Below are positions 44,786-53,739 of a DNA stretch of 64,000 nucleotides, one piece after another. The notes beneath the pieces are model-generated. The model saw only the letters and a program-made list of their open reading frames with translations, was not told the DNA's origin and searched no databases. This DNA comes from a virus: positions 54,454 to 118,453 of IMG/VR virus record IMGVR_UViG_3300037313_001714; one strand, 5' to 3'. Numbering within the stretch: position 1 is the first letter of the stretch; every line of letters starts with the position of its first letter. The position numbers and the translations under genes were made by a program.

Positions 44786-45155
44786 AGCGATACCAGCCGA
44801 GGATGCGATGGGGCGCCACGCGCTGCGCGATCACGCCGGTGGTTTCCCACGTGTGCAGCAGCTCGTGCGCGTTGAGGGAAAAGGCGGTGTGGCAGGCATG
44901 CTGCCCGACCCGCACCAGGACGATGACGCCGGCGGTGGGCTGCACCTCCTGCCACAGCGGGTCAACCCGCTGGGTGGCGATGACGGCGTGCTGCACCGCC
45001 AGGTCCTCGGGCGAGGCGAAGTCCGGCAGCAGCACGCCGTGCGCGCGGCGGTAGCACTCGCGCACCAGGCCCCAGCAGTCGTACTCCTGCGGGCCCCGCG
45101 CGCCGTAGCGGAAGGGCTTGCCGATCAGGTCGTCGTACTGCAGGGCGGCCGTCAT
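44772..45155 (-). CDS. NlpC/P60 tail tip protein (gpK-like)
   Basis: LIGKPFRYGARGPQEYDCWGLVR; HAC; LLH. Confidence 0.85.
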   Translation of the reverse strand: MTAALQYDDLIGKPFRYGARGPQEYDCWGLVRECYRRAHGVLLPDFASPEDLAVQHAVIATQRVDPLWQEVQPTAGVIVLVRVGQHACHTAFSLNAHELLHTWETTGVIAQRVAPHRILGWYRYAGR

Positions 45156-46780
45156 CAGCGCACGGTGATGGACACCGACTTGGAGCTGCTGTTGTTGGCC
45201 GCGTCGAACGCCGTCACCGTCAGCGTCTTGGTGCCGCGGCCGCCCGAGTAGAAGGTGCACTGGTACGGCGCGGCATTCGCCACGCAGGTGGTGCCGTTGA
45301 AGGTGAAGGTCACCTTGGCGACGCCCACGTTGTCGCTGGCCGTGGCGCTGACATTGAAGTTGGTGCGGTGGTACACAGAGCCCGGCGCCGTGATGGTGTT
45401 CACGCTCGGCGGCGTCGTGTCGGCGCTGCCGGCGCGCGGATCACTGCTGGCAGCCCACGGGTTGCCCGAGGTGACGCTGTTGTCCCACACCCACCAGTCA
45501 CCCCAGGAGTTCTGCTGATAGACCTTGTGGTTGTAGTACAGCAGCAGCGTCACGCTCGAGGACACGGTGGCCACGCCGTTGCGGTAGATCACGCCGCCCG
45601 CGACGGTCCACGTCGCGCCCTGCGCGTCCACGATCTGCGTCGCGCTGGGAATGGTGGTGCTCTGGGCGCTTTCCGTCGCGGTGCTGCCGGTGCTGCCGGT
45701 GCCCGTGCCGCTCGTGCTGGTCGACTTCATCGCCGCGATCTGGCTGTCCGTGAGCAGGCCGCGGCTGGTGATCTGCGACTGCTCGGTGGACGTGAGGGTG
45801 CCGCCGGCGTAGGCGGTCACGAGGTACAGCTCGACCTTGGGGCTGGTCAGCGTGTAAAGCAGGCCGAAGCGGTTCTCCGGCGGGCTGTTGGAGGGCTCGT
45901 CCAGCAGCTCGTAGACGTGGACCGACTCGAGCGTGCCGTAGGTGTTGCCGCGCAGCTCCTGCAGGTGCTTGTTCACCGCCTGCAGGCACTCCTCGGTGTC
46001 GGGCTGGCCGGCGGTGTTCTCGTAGTTCGAGTCGTAGATCTCGCCGCAGTTGAACTCGTTGACGGTGATCGGCTTGCCAAACAGCGACAGCTGGTAGATC
46101 GGGCCGTTGGTGCCGTACCAGGGGTCGCTCAGCAGGCTGTCGTTTTGCAGGCGCGGGTACACATGGAAGCCCGTCACGTCCCAGGTGACGCCTTGGGACT
46201 TCATGTAGGTCAAGAAGCCGAAGTCGCGGCCCGCCTCGCCGAGGATGGCGCGCTGGCCCTGGTCGTGGATGGCGCGCGCCATGCCCCGGCTCACGGCGGC
46301 CAGCGTGGCGGCGCAGGAGCTGGCGTTGTAGGCGCTGGTGCTCGTGCCCTGGCTGTTCCAGGCGACCTGGCCCGACAGGTCCGGGCGCAGCTGCATCTCG
46401 TTGAGCATCTCGTAGTCGTGCGCGATGTCCTTGGTCGCGCCGACCATCTGGAAGGTCTGGTTGTAGGAGTCGCTCTCGACGGCCGCGAGGTTCTGGTTGC
46501 AGGAGTAGTCCCACTGGTAGTTGTTCTGCACCACCAGCTGCGCCTTGCCGCCGTTGGCGTTGATGCGGCTGATCTGGTCGCGCAGCAGCGTGGTGTCGGC
46601 GCCGATGAAGTAGTCCAGCCGCGCCTGCTTGAAGTTGCGCGTGGCCATGATCGAGGCGATGGTTGCGTCGTTGCCGGTGCTGCCGCCACCCGAGTGGATG
46701 TTCACGCCGATGTCCTGGGCCATGACGGCCGACGCGGCGAGCGCGAGCGAGGTCGCGATGAGTCGATGGAAGAGCTTCAT
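45155..46780 (-). CDS. Secreted clan GH-A glycosidase-like protein with a C-terminal Ig-like domain (moron)
   Basis: Signal peptide MKLFHRLIATSLALAASAVMA; MLNE, FHVYP, VNEFN; DTTPPSV...ASDNVGVAKV Ig-like fold; operator at 46798. Confidence 0.8.
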   Translation of the reverse strand: MKLFHRLIATSLALAASAVMAQDIGVNIHSGGGSTGNDATIASIMATRNFKQARLDYFIGADTTLLRDQISRINANGGKAQLVVQNNYQWDYSCNQNLAAVESDSYNQTFQMVGATKDIAHDYEMLNEMQLRPDLSGQVAWNSQGTSTSAYNASSCAATLAAVSRGMARAIHDQGQRAILGEAGRDFGFLTYMKSQGVTWDVTGFHVYPRLQNDSLLSDPWYGTNGPIYQLSLFGKPITVNEFNCGEIYDSNYENTAGQPDTEECLQAVNKHLQELRGNTYGTLESVHVYELLDEPSNSPPENRFGLLYTLTSPKVELYLVTAYAGGTLTSTEQSQITSRGLLTDSQIAAMKSTSTSGTGTGSTGSTATESAQSTTIPSATQIVDAQGATWTVAGGVIYRNGVATVSSSVTLLLYYNHKVYQQNSWGDWWVWDNSVTSGNPWAASSDPRAGSADTTPPSVNTITAPGSVYHRTNFNVSATASDNVGVAKVTFTFNGTTCVANAAPYQCTFYSGGRGTKTLTVTAFDAANNSSSKSVSITVR

Positions 46781-46829
46781 GTGAATGAGACGGAATGAAA
46801 TCACTGGTGACTTAGTGAGACAGGCAAAA

Positions 46830-47465
46830 CTAACCGCCCTGCACCACGTCGCGGGTGTTCAGGCCGCGGAAGGCCCCGAAGCGCGGCGCGTTGTTGTGCG
46901 CCTCGCAGCCGTTGGGGCCCTTCAGGGACAGGTCGCACGAGGGCATGGCGCCGGCGTACGCGCACTCGGGGCCCTTGTAGCGCCACTGGCAGTAGTCCTT
47001 GGTCTGCTTGCGGCGCGGGAAGGAGTGCGCGATGGCGTTTTCCGCGCCCAGCGTGAACGCGCAGACGTAGGCGTTGGCCTCGGCCCCCACCACCTCGAAG
47101 AACTCCTGCACCTCGGGCCCCTGCCCCAGGTTGCCGGCGTTGACCACCGAGACGGTGACGGTGAAGCCCACCCCGCCGCCATACAGCTGCATGCGCTGCA
47201 TGACCATGCGCGAGTAGTCCGTGATCGAGAGCGTGACGGACTGCAGCACCCCGCTTTCCTCCTTCAGTTCGATGTCGAAGGGCACGGGCTGGTAGGTGTG
47301 GCCGTTCCAGACGATGGATTCGCTGTTGCGCACGAGGTACAACGTCTCCACGAGGCCGCCCGTGCTGGGGTCCTTGACGGCGATGTCCAGGCACACCAGG
47401 AAGGCGACGTCGCTCGACAGCCGGTTTTTCTCGATCACCGAGGCGACGGACAGGGGAGCAGCCAT
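46830..47465 (-). CDS. Minor tail protein L-like
   Basis: WNGHTYQPVPF; C-terminal CQWRYKGPECAY...CDLSLKGPNGC. Confidence 0.85.
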   Translation of the reverse strand: MAAPLSVASVIEKNRLSSDVAFLVCLDIAVKDPSTGGLVETLYLVRNSESIVWNGHTYQPVPFDIELKEESGVLQSVTLSITDYSRMVMQRMQLYGGGVGFTVTVSVVNAGNLGQGPEVQEFFEVVGAEANAYVCAFTLGAENAIAHSFPRRKQTKDYCQWRYKGPECAYAGAMPSCDLSLKGPNGCEAHNNAPRFGAFRGLNTRDVVQGG

Positions 47466-47506
47466 GCCGCGATTCTACCTTAGTCAGTGGTGACTTACTA
47501 GCCGAG

Positions 47507-47905
47507 TCAGGCTTCTTCGAGATCGAACTGCACGTCCCAGCGCCGGGTCGACCCCATGCCGGTGTACTTCCAGTCGAGGAAGGTGTTGTTGCTCGAGCCG
47601 CCGCCGATGGTGCTGCCGAAGCGCACGCTGAAGGTGGCGCCGGAGGCCGGGTCGACCCAGTCGAAGATCACGCTGCCGCCGCGGGTCGTGGTGCCGAAGA
47701 AGGCATCCAGCTCGCTCTTTTGCGCGTCGGTCAGGTCGGTGAAGCCGGTGGTGAAGACGTGGCGCGGGGCGCGCGTGGTGCGCGCGCGCGAGACCACGTA
47801 GCCGCCCTCCATCGGCGTGCGCATCGCCTCGTCCTCGAGCTTGACGTGGTAGTACTTGGAGTCCTGGATCGTCGCCAGGTCGGTCGGGAATTGCGGATTA
47901 GCCAC
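47507..47905 (-). CDS. Distal tail protein (gpM-like)
   Basis: Position after the tape measure; FF...RGG...FDWVDP motif. Confidence 0.7.
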   Translation of the reverse strand: MANPQFPTDLATIQDSKYYHVKLEDEAMRTPMEGGYVVSRARTTRAPRHVFTTGFTDLTDAQKSELDAFFGTTTRGGSVIFDWVDPASGATFSVRFGSTIGGGSSNNTFLDWKYTGMGSTRRWDVQFDLEEA

Positions 47906-50900
47906 GCAGTGCCTGCTTCATCGAATCGCGGAACGGACCCGGCGAGCTGGCCGCGGACACCACCACGTCCAGGATCGCCTTCTTGCCGTCGAACTGCACG
48001 CCCTGCTGCTGCGCGCTGAGCGGCATGCCCGACTGGTTGATCACGTTCACCTGGATCTGCGGCGCGCCGCCGCCGGCCATGTTCACCGGAATGGAGCGGC
48101 CGTCAGGCAGCGGCACGTAGGCCTCTGGGCCGGCCTCGCCGTACAGCGCCAGCTGCGGGCTGCGCGCGATGCCGCCGGCGGCGTAGCGGCGCAGCGGCAC
48201 CATTCCCTCGCGGGTGAGCACGCCGCCGTTGGCCAGCTCGAAGAAGCCCGCGCTCATGTCGGCGGCCAGGCCGGCGTCGAGGCCGCTCAGGCCGGCGCCA
48301 CCGCCCATCGCCATCATCGCGCCGCTCGCGCTGTTGGCCGCGCTGGCCAGCGCCGTCAGGCTGGTGGTGGCCGCTTCGTTGGCCGTGAGCTGGGTGCCCA
48401 TCTGCGTGACGTTGTTGGTCAGCGCCTGGGTGGCCTGGTCGGCGCCGTCGGTGGCGAGCTTTTGCAGCGACTGGGTGGCCTGGTCGGCCGCGCGGTCCTC
48501 GTCGAAGCCCTTCATGTTGGCGATGCCCGCGTTCAGGCCCTCGCGCGTGTCCCCGAACAGGCCGTTGCGCAGCGAATCGACCCCCGAGCCGATGATGTTG
48601 GACAGCGGGTCGGCCAGCGACTTGTGCAGCTGAATCTTCAGGATGTCGGACAGCACCGACTCGGCGAACTGCTTGAACTGCAGCTTGCCCTTGCCGATGC
48701 CGTCCACCAGCATGTCGACGAAGCCGTCCATCCAGCGCGTCTGCGCCTGGCGCAGCTGCGCGTCGGTGTCCTTCCAGGCGCGCGCGAGCGCATACACCGG
48801 CTGCTCCAGGGCGCGGGCGCGCTCCTCGGCCATGATGCGCAGCCGCTCGTTCTGCGCGTCCTGCGCCTGCGTCTGCTCGCGGTCGGCCTGCTCGCGGATG
48901 CTCTTGATCTGGTCCTGGATGCGCTGCTCCAGCAGGACCCGCTCGGCGCCGTAGGACTGGTCGGCGGCCAGCTGCTGGTTGAGCGCGTCGATGGCGGCCT
49001 GGGCCTGCTCCTTGACGCCGTCGATCTGGCGCTGCGACTGCTCGCGGTACTTGGCCTGATCGGCGTCGATCTTGGCCATCGTGCGCTCGATCTGGGTGGG
49101 CAGCAGCGTCGCCTCCAGGTCCTTGTTCTGCTCGCCCACCTGCGAGAAGAAGTTGGCGCTATCGGACAGGCGCCGCTCGAACAGGGCCTGCTGCTTGATG
49201 GCGTTGTAGGCCGTCAGCCCCTTGGTGACGCCGCCCATGCGCTGCTCCAGGCGCGCGAAGTCGCGCTCCAGGGCCTGCAGCGCCTGGCTCTCCTTGGAGC
49301 TGTTGGCGCCCGTGAGGCGCGCCATCGCATTGTCCGCGTCGCTGGTGGCCGCCGACAGTCGCTCGTTGCCGTAGGTGAGCGCCTTGATCTGCGCTTCCAG
49401 CACCACCGCCGCTTCAGTGTCCTTTTGCAGCTGGAGGTAGCGCGGGTCCTCGGCCGAGACCTGGTTGCGCCGATCGTGATCGAGGTTGAAGTCGCCGGCC
49501 TTGCGCTTGCCTTCGAGCTTTTCCAGGGCCTGCTGGCGCATCGCGTCGAGCGACTCGCTGTCCGTCAGGATGCCCTTCATCTTGATCTGGTCGGCGGCCA
49601 GCTTGCCGGCTTCCTCCTCGAGCGCCTTGTCCAGCGGATCGACGTGCTCGCGCGGCTCGCGCAGCACGAACTCGCGCGGCGTGCGCGGCGTGCGGGTCGA
49701 CGTCGGGATGTTGAGGTCGCCGCTGTGGTCGGTGCGCGCGGTGCCGCCGAACGCTGGCGGGGCGCCGCCGGTGCGCCGGCGCGCGGCCAGCAGCTTGGCC
49801 TGCTCGGCCACGTGGGCGTTGGCGGCCTTCACGGCGTCGCCCATCTGGCGCTGCGCCGCGGCCATGTCCTGCATGTTCTTCAGCTCGCGCTTGGCGTCGG
49901 CGTCGCTGATGCCCGACAGGATCGGCTGGTTCTTCGACTGCTCCAGGATCTTGAGCGCCTGCTTGTCGTGCTCGCTGATGATCTTGGCGCGCGCCTTGTC
50001 GTATTCGGCCTGCGCGCGGTCCTTGGAGACGTCGGCGCCGAAGAAGCTCTTCAGCTCCATCCAGCGCGTCTGGAAGTAGCTCACCGTCTTCGCCCAGGCG
50101 TCGGCCATCTCCTGGAACGTGGTGAGCACGTTGATCTTCACCTGCGTGAAGTAGTTCTGGATGTGCTGGTTGATGGTCAGGCCGCCGGCGTCGATGTCAC
50201 CGATCCACTTGCCGATCGCGTAGCCCACCGCCAGCGCGAACGTGCCCGCGGCGATCGTCACCGCGCCCTTGGCCAGGAACGCGATGAACGCACCGAACGC
50301 GCCGCCCGCGAGGCCCACGCTTTCGGCGACCGAGCCCAGGCCGGCCAGCAGCGTCGGGAACTCGCCGGCCACGCCCTTCAGCACGCCCCACAGGCCCTGC
50401 ATGCCGAACAGCTTCATCAGGCCCGACACGCCCGCGTAGGCGCCCAGCACCACGGTGCCGAGCGTGAGGATTTGGGTGACGAGCGGGTTCTCCTGCGCGA
50501 ACGAGTTGAACCAGCCGAAGATCTCCTGCACGGTCTCCAGCACCTTGTTCAGCGGCGGCAGCAGCTCGCTGCCGATCGTGATCCCGAGGTCATGCAGGCG
50601 CGCCTGCGCTTCCGTCAGCTGCTGGTTGAAGGTCGGCTCGAGCTTGTTGGCGACCTCGTCGACGCCGGCGGAGTTCTGGATGGTCTGGGTCTGCGCGCGC
50701 AGGCGCTCGCCGGTTTCGGGGCTGCCGGCGATGACGGCCGCCTGCTGGGCCGACACCGTCACGCCCAGACGGCGCAGGAAGATCTGGAAGCCGTTCTCGA
50801 TCTCCTCGTCCGAGAGCTGCTGGCCGTTCTTGAAGCCGAAGTCGGTCGGGTGGCTCTTGATGTACGCGGCGATCTTCGGGAACAGCTCCTGCATCGCGCC

Positions 50901-52706
50901 GACCGGGTCCTCGACCCACTTCTGCATGTTCTGGAAGCCCGCGCTCTTGGCGTTCTTGATGCCGGCCTTGCTGCTGAGGTCCAGGTTGTCGAGGTTCAGG
51001 ATGTTCGCGCCGCCCAGCTCCTTGACGGCCTGCTCGCCCGGCAGCGCCTTGCCCAGCGCGTAGGCCTGCAGCATCTTGAGCGCCGTGCCGACGGTGGACA
51101 CGCCCGAGCCGGAGCCGCCGCCGTCACCGCCCGCGACCTTCATCATGTCGGCCAGGCCGGCGAAGTTCGCGATGCCGGTGTCGCTCAGCTTGGTGGCGCC
51201 CGGACCGAAGCGGCGCAGCACCGTTTCGATGTCCTGCACGTTGATCTTGCCGCCCGTGCCGATCGCGATGCGCTGCAGCAGGTCGGCGTTGCCGCGCACC
51301 GCTTCAGGGTTGGCGGTCTGGCCGCGCACTTCCGACAGCGCCATCACGTTGCGCACGGTGGTCTGGAAGTCGCCGTGCGCCAGGCCCAGGCGCTCCATGT
51401 TGTTGGCGGCCTTGGCGATGTGGTCGATGGTCGCGTCCATCGTCTGCACGTCGTTGTAGCCCAGCGCCTGCAGCATCGACAGGCGCGTGTTGATCGCGTC
51501 CAGCTGCGACAGGAACTTGTCGGTGCGCGTGAGGTCGGCCGACTTGATGAAGAACTCCTGGGTGGCGGCGTCGCCGAGATTGAGCGACTGCACCTTCACC
51601 CGCGCGGCCTGCATGTCGGCGGCCTGGCCGACCGAGGCCTTCAGGCCCTGCTCGATCTTGGAGGCGGCGTAGAGCTGGCCCAGCGCCTTCCACATCTCCA
51701 TCATCTGGCGCGCGTAGGCCATCTCCTCTTCGTGCGCGCTGCGCGCGAAGGCCACCCGCTGGGCGTACGACTGGCGCGCGCTCTCGGCGGCTTCCCGGTC
51801 GGCGTCCTTCTGGCGCTGCAGCGCGATGCCCTGCACGCGCGCGACCTCGTCGGCGTTCTTCTGGCCCACGTAGGCGGCGATCGTGGCCAGGCGCTCGCGC
51901 TCGGCCTGCTCGGTCTGCATGGCCACCACGTTGTCGCGGCGGGCCTGCTGCTCGGCGCGCAGCTGGGGGATCAGCGTGTCGAGCGCGGCGCGCTCGCGCG
52001 CGTACAGGTCGGCGTTGGCCGTCAGCCGCGCGGCCTCGTCGTTCAGGGCCTGCTTGTCGGCCGCCGACATGAACTGGCCGTTGGGCGTGCGGCCGGCCGC
52101 GGCCTTTTGCTGGGCGGCCATCGCCTGCATGCGCGTGTCGCTTTCCAGCTTGCGCAGCTCGGCGTGCAGCTTGGCCTTGCTCTCCAGGATCTTGTCGTTG
52201 GTGGCGATGGTCTGCTGCAGCTCGCGCAGCCGCAGGCTCTCGCGGGTGCCCGCGTCGTCCTTCATCTGCCGGGTGGCGGCGCTGCTGGCCGCGCCCAGGT
52301 CCTTGAAGCCCTGCGCCGCGGCGGCCAGCGAGGGCTTCATCTGCGCCATCGACACGCCCACCGCGTTGGCGTTCTTCTGCACGTCGGCCATGCCCTTGGC
52401 GACCGGTTCGCTCTGGGCGTTCAGGTCGGTCAGGCCCTTGGCGAGGTTGGACACCTCGCGCGCGATGTTCTGCAGCTCGCTGACCGTCTGGTTGGAGGTG
52501 GTCGCGATGTCCTTGAGCAGCTTCTGGTTGCTCGCGAGCGGCTTGGCCAGGTCCGCGAGGGCCTTCTCCAGCTTCTGGCTCTGCTCGGCCGAGGTGCGCA
52601 GGTCCGAGTTCAGGAGCTTGAGCACCTCCTGGGCGCTCTTGCCCTTGGCGGTGAAGCCGTTGTCGTCCAGGGTGAGGACGACGCGGATGTTCTTGGAGGT
52701 GGCCAT
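47898..52706 (-). CDS. Tape measure protein
   Basis: 1602 aa, Ala/Gln-rich helical; C-terminal FELANGG...YAAGG...GEAGPEAYVPL; follows the G/GT chaperones. Confidence 0.93.
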   Translation of the reverse strand: MATSKNIRVVLTLDDNGFTAKGKSAQEVLKLLNSDLRTSAEQSQKLEKALADLAKPLASNQKLLKDIATTSNQTVSELQNIAREVSNLAKGLTDLNAQSEPVAKGMADVQKNANAVGVSMAQMKPSLAAAAQGFKDLGAASSAATRQMKDDAGTRESLRLRELQQTIATNDKILESKAKLHAELRKLESDTRMQAMAAQQKAAAGRTPNGQFMSAADKQALNDEAARLTANADLYARERAALDTLIPQLRAEQQARRDNVVAMQTEQAERERLATIAAYVGQKNADEVARVQGIALQRQKDADREAAESARQSYAQRVAFARSAHEEEMAYARQMMEMWKALGQLYAASKIEQGLKASVGQAADMQAARVKVQSLNLGDAATQEFFIKSADLTRTDKFLSQLDAINTRLSMLQALGYNDVQTMDATIDHIAKAANNMERLGLAHGDFQTTVRNVMALSEVRGQTANPEAVRGNADLLQRIAIGTGGKINVQDIETVLRRFGPGATKLSDTGIANFAGLADMMKVAGGDGGGSGSGVSTVGTALKMLQAYALGKALPGEQAVKELGGANILNLDNLDLSSKAGIKNAKSAGFQNMQKWVEDPVGAMQELFPKIAAYIKSHPTDFGFKNGQQLSDEEIENGFQIFLRRLGVTVSAQQAAVIAGSPETGERLRAQTQTIQNSAGVDEVANKLEPTFNQQLTEAQARLHDLGITIGSELLPPLNKVLETVQEIFGWFNSFAQENPLVTQILTLGTVVLGAYAGVSGLMKLFGMQGLWGVLKGVAGEFPTLLAGLGSVAESVGLAGGAFGAFIAFLAKGAVTIAAGTFALAVGYAIGKWIGDIDAGGLTINQHIQNYFTQVKINVLTTFQEMADAWAKTVSYFQTRWMELKSFFGADVSKDRAQAEYDKARAKIISEHDKQALKILEQSKNQPILSGISDADAKRELKNMQDMAAAQRQMGDAVKAANAHVAEQAKLLAARRRTGGAPPAFGGTARTDHSGDLNIPTSTRTPRTPREFVLREPREHVDPLDKALEEEAGKLAADQIKMKGILTDSESLDAMRQQALEKLEGKRKAGDFNLDHDRRNQVSAEDPRYLQLQKDTEAAVVLEAQIKALTYGNERLSAATSDADNAMARLTGANSSKESQALQALERDFARLEQRMGGVTKGLTAYNAIKQQALFERRLSDSANFFSQVGEQNKDLEATLLPTQIERTMAKIDADQAKYREQSQRQIDGVKEQAQAAIDALNQQLAADQSYGAERVLLEQRIQDQIKSIREQADREQTQAQDAQNERLRIMAEERARALEQPVYALARAWKDTDAQLRQAQTRWMDGFVDMLVDGIGKGKLQFKQFAESVLSDILKIQLHKSLADPLSNIIGSGVDSLRNGLFGDTREGLNAGIANMKGFDEDRAADQATQSLQKLATDGADQATQALTNNVTQMGTQLTANEAATTSLTALASAANSASGAMMAMGGGAGLSGLDAGLAADMSAGFFELANGGVLTREGMVPLRRYAAGGIARSPQLALYGEAGPEAYVPLPDGRSIPVNMAGGGAPQIQVNVINQSGMPLSAQQQGVQFDGKKAILDVVVSAASSPGPFRDSMKQALRG

Positions 52707-52713
52707 GCGGGTG

Positions 52714-53393
52714 TCAGTCGCTGAGGGTTCTCAGCTCATCGAGTCCTTCGGCGTCGAGCGTTTCGGCAGCGCGGGCTTGTTGTTCGTCGACCACCACGAC
52801 CTCGCCGCGCTCGATCTCCAGACGCGAGCGCACCTCTTGGGCGGCCTCGTTGGTGGACTGGGCAGCGACCCCGATGGACAGGGTGCGCATGTCGCGCTGG
52901 GCCTCGATGCGGTCGATGTTGTTGTGCATCAACCAGAAGGTCCTGAGCGGCAGCGCCTTCACCTGGTCGGGGGTGTAGCCGTAGAAGTGGCAGACCCGGC
53001 AGAAGAAGAAACCGAAGTCGATTTCCCTTATGCCGGCGTGTCGACGTTTCCCGCGTCTCCTTCACCGGCCTTCGCCGCTTGCTGTTGGACGGCCTCTTCC
53101 TGGCCCTCGACGTCCTCGCCGCGCACGTAGTCGGCGATCTTGCCGAGCGTGGCGAGGTCATAGACCTTGAGCACGTCGCGCGTGAGCGCTGGCACGGCGC
53201 GGGTGATCATCTCGATCGTGGCTTCGATCTGGGCGGCCATGCCGGCCTTGTCGGCCACGAGCTTTTCGGCGACCTTGGTGGTCTCGATGAAGTTGTCCAC
53301 CGACATGCGCGGCACCGGATAGGTCTTGCCGCCCAGCACCAGCTCGCGCTGGCTGGTCGCCGAGAGCGCGTCCAGGTTGAGGATCTTGGTCAT
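52714..53393 (-). CDS. Tail assembly chaperone GT, made by -1 frameshift
   Basis: G GGA AAC slippery heptamer at 53052-53046 in the G frame; the -1 frame is open from there to the stop at 52714. Confidence 0.8.
53028..53393 (-). CDS. Tail assembly chaperone G
   Basis: 121-aa ORF between tail tube and tape measure. Confidence 0.85.
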   Translation of the reverse strand: MTKILNLDALSATSQRELVLGGKTYPVPRMSVDNFIETTKVAEKLVADKAGMAAQIEATIEMITRAVPALTRDVLKVYDLATLGKIADYVRGEDVEGQEEAVQQQAAKAGEGDAGNVDTPA

Positions 53394-53415
53394 TGCGTCA
53401 CTGCCCTTTCAAACG

Positions 53416-53445
53416 AAAAGGCCCCGTCCTTGCGCAGGCGGGGCC
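53416..53445 (-). terminator. Intrinsic terminator upstream of the chaperone gene
   Basis: GGCCCCG...CGGGGCC stem followed by UUUUCGUUU. Confidence 0.65.
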
Positions 53446-53499
53446 GGTTGCTTTGGTCATGGCGCCGATTTTAAGTCAGCGGTGACTCATACGCAAGGG

Positions 53500-53718
53500 T
53501 CAGGACTTTTTCTTGGCCTTCCGGATGATCTTGTCGGCCTTGGCGTCGATCTCGTGCAGCTGGGTGACCGTCAGGTTGCCCTTGTGGTACTGCTGCTCGG
53601 CGCGGGCCTTGGCGTTGATCGCGTGGGCCTTGTCCGGCATCGGGTACTTGCGCTGCGACGGCAGGCCGAAGGTCGACTTGCTCAGGGACTTGCGGCGCTG
53701 CGTCGAGAGCTTTGCCAT
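53500..53718 (-). CDS. Small highly basic protein (DUF6582-like, from recall)
   Basis: MAKLSTQRRKSLSKSTFGLPSQRKYPMPDKAHAINAKARA; operators at 53473 and 53722 flank it. Confidence 0.7.
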   Translation of the reverse strand: MAKLSTQRRKSLSKSTFGLPSQRKYPMPDKAHAINAKARAEQQYHKGNLTVTQLHEIDAKADKIIRKAKKKS

Positions 53719-53739
53719 GCTACGTCACCGGTGACGTTA

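Noticed and set aside
36200-46780. Diversity-generating retroelement (template/variable repeat) behind the duplicated glycosidase
   Set aside because: No reverse transcriptase gene is present; the copies differ by indels and general divergence rather than adenine-specific changes.
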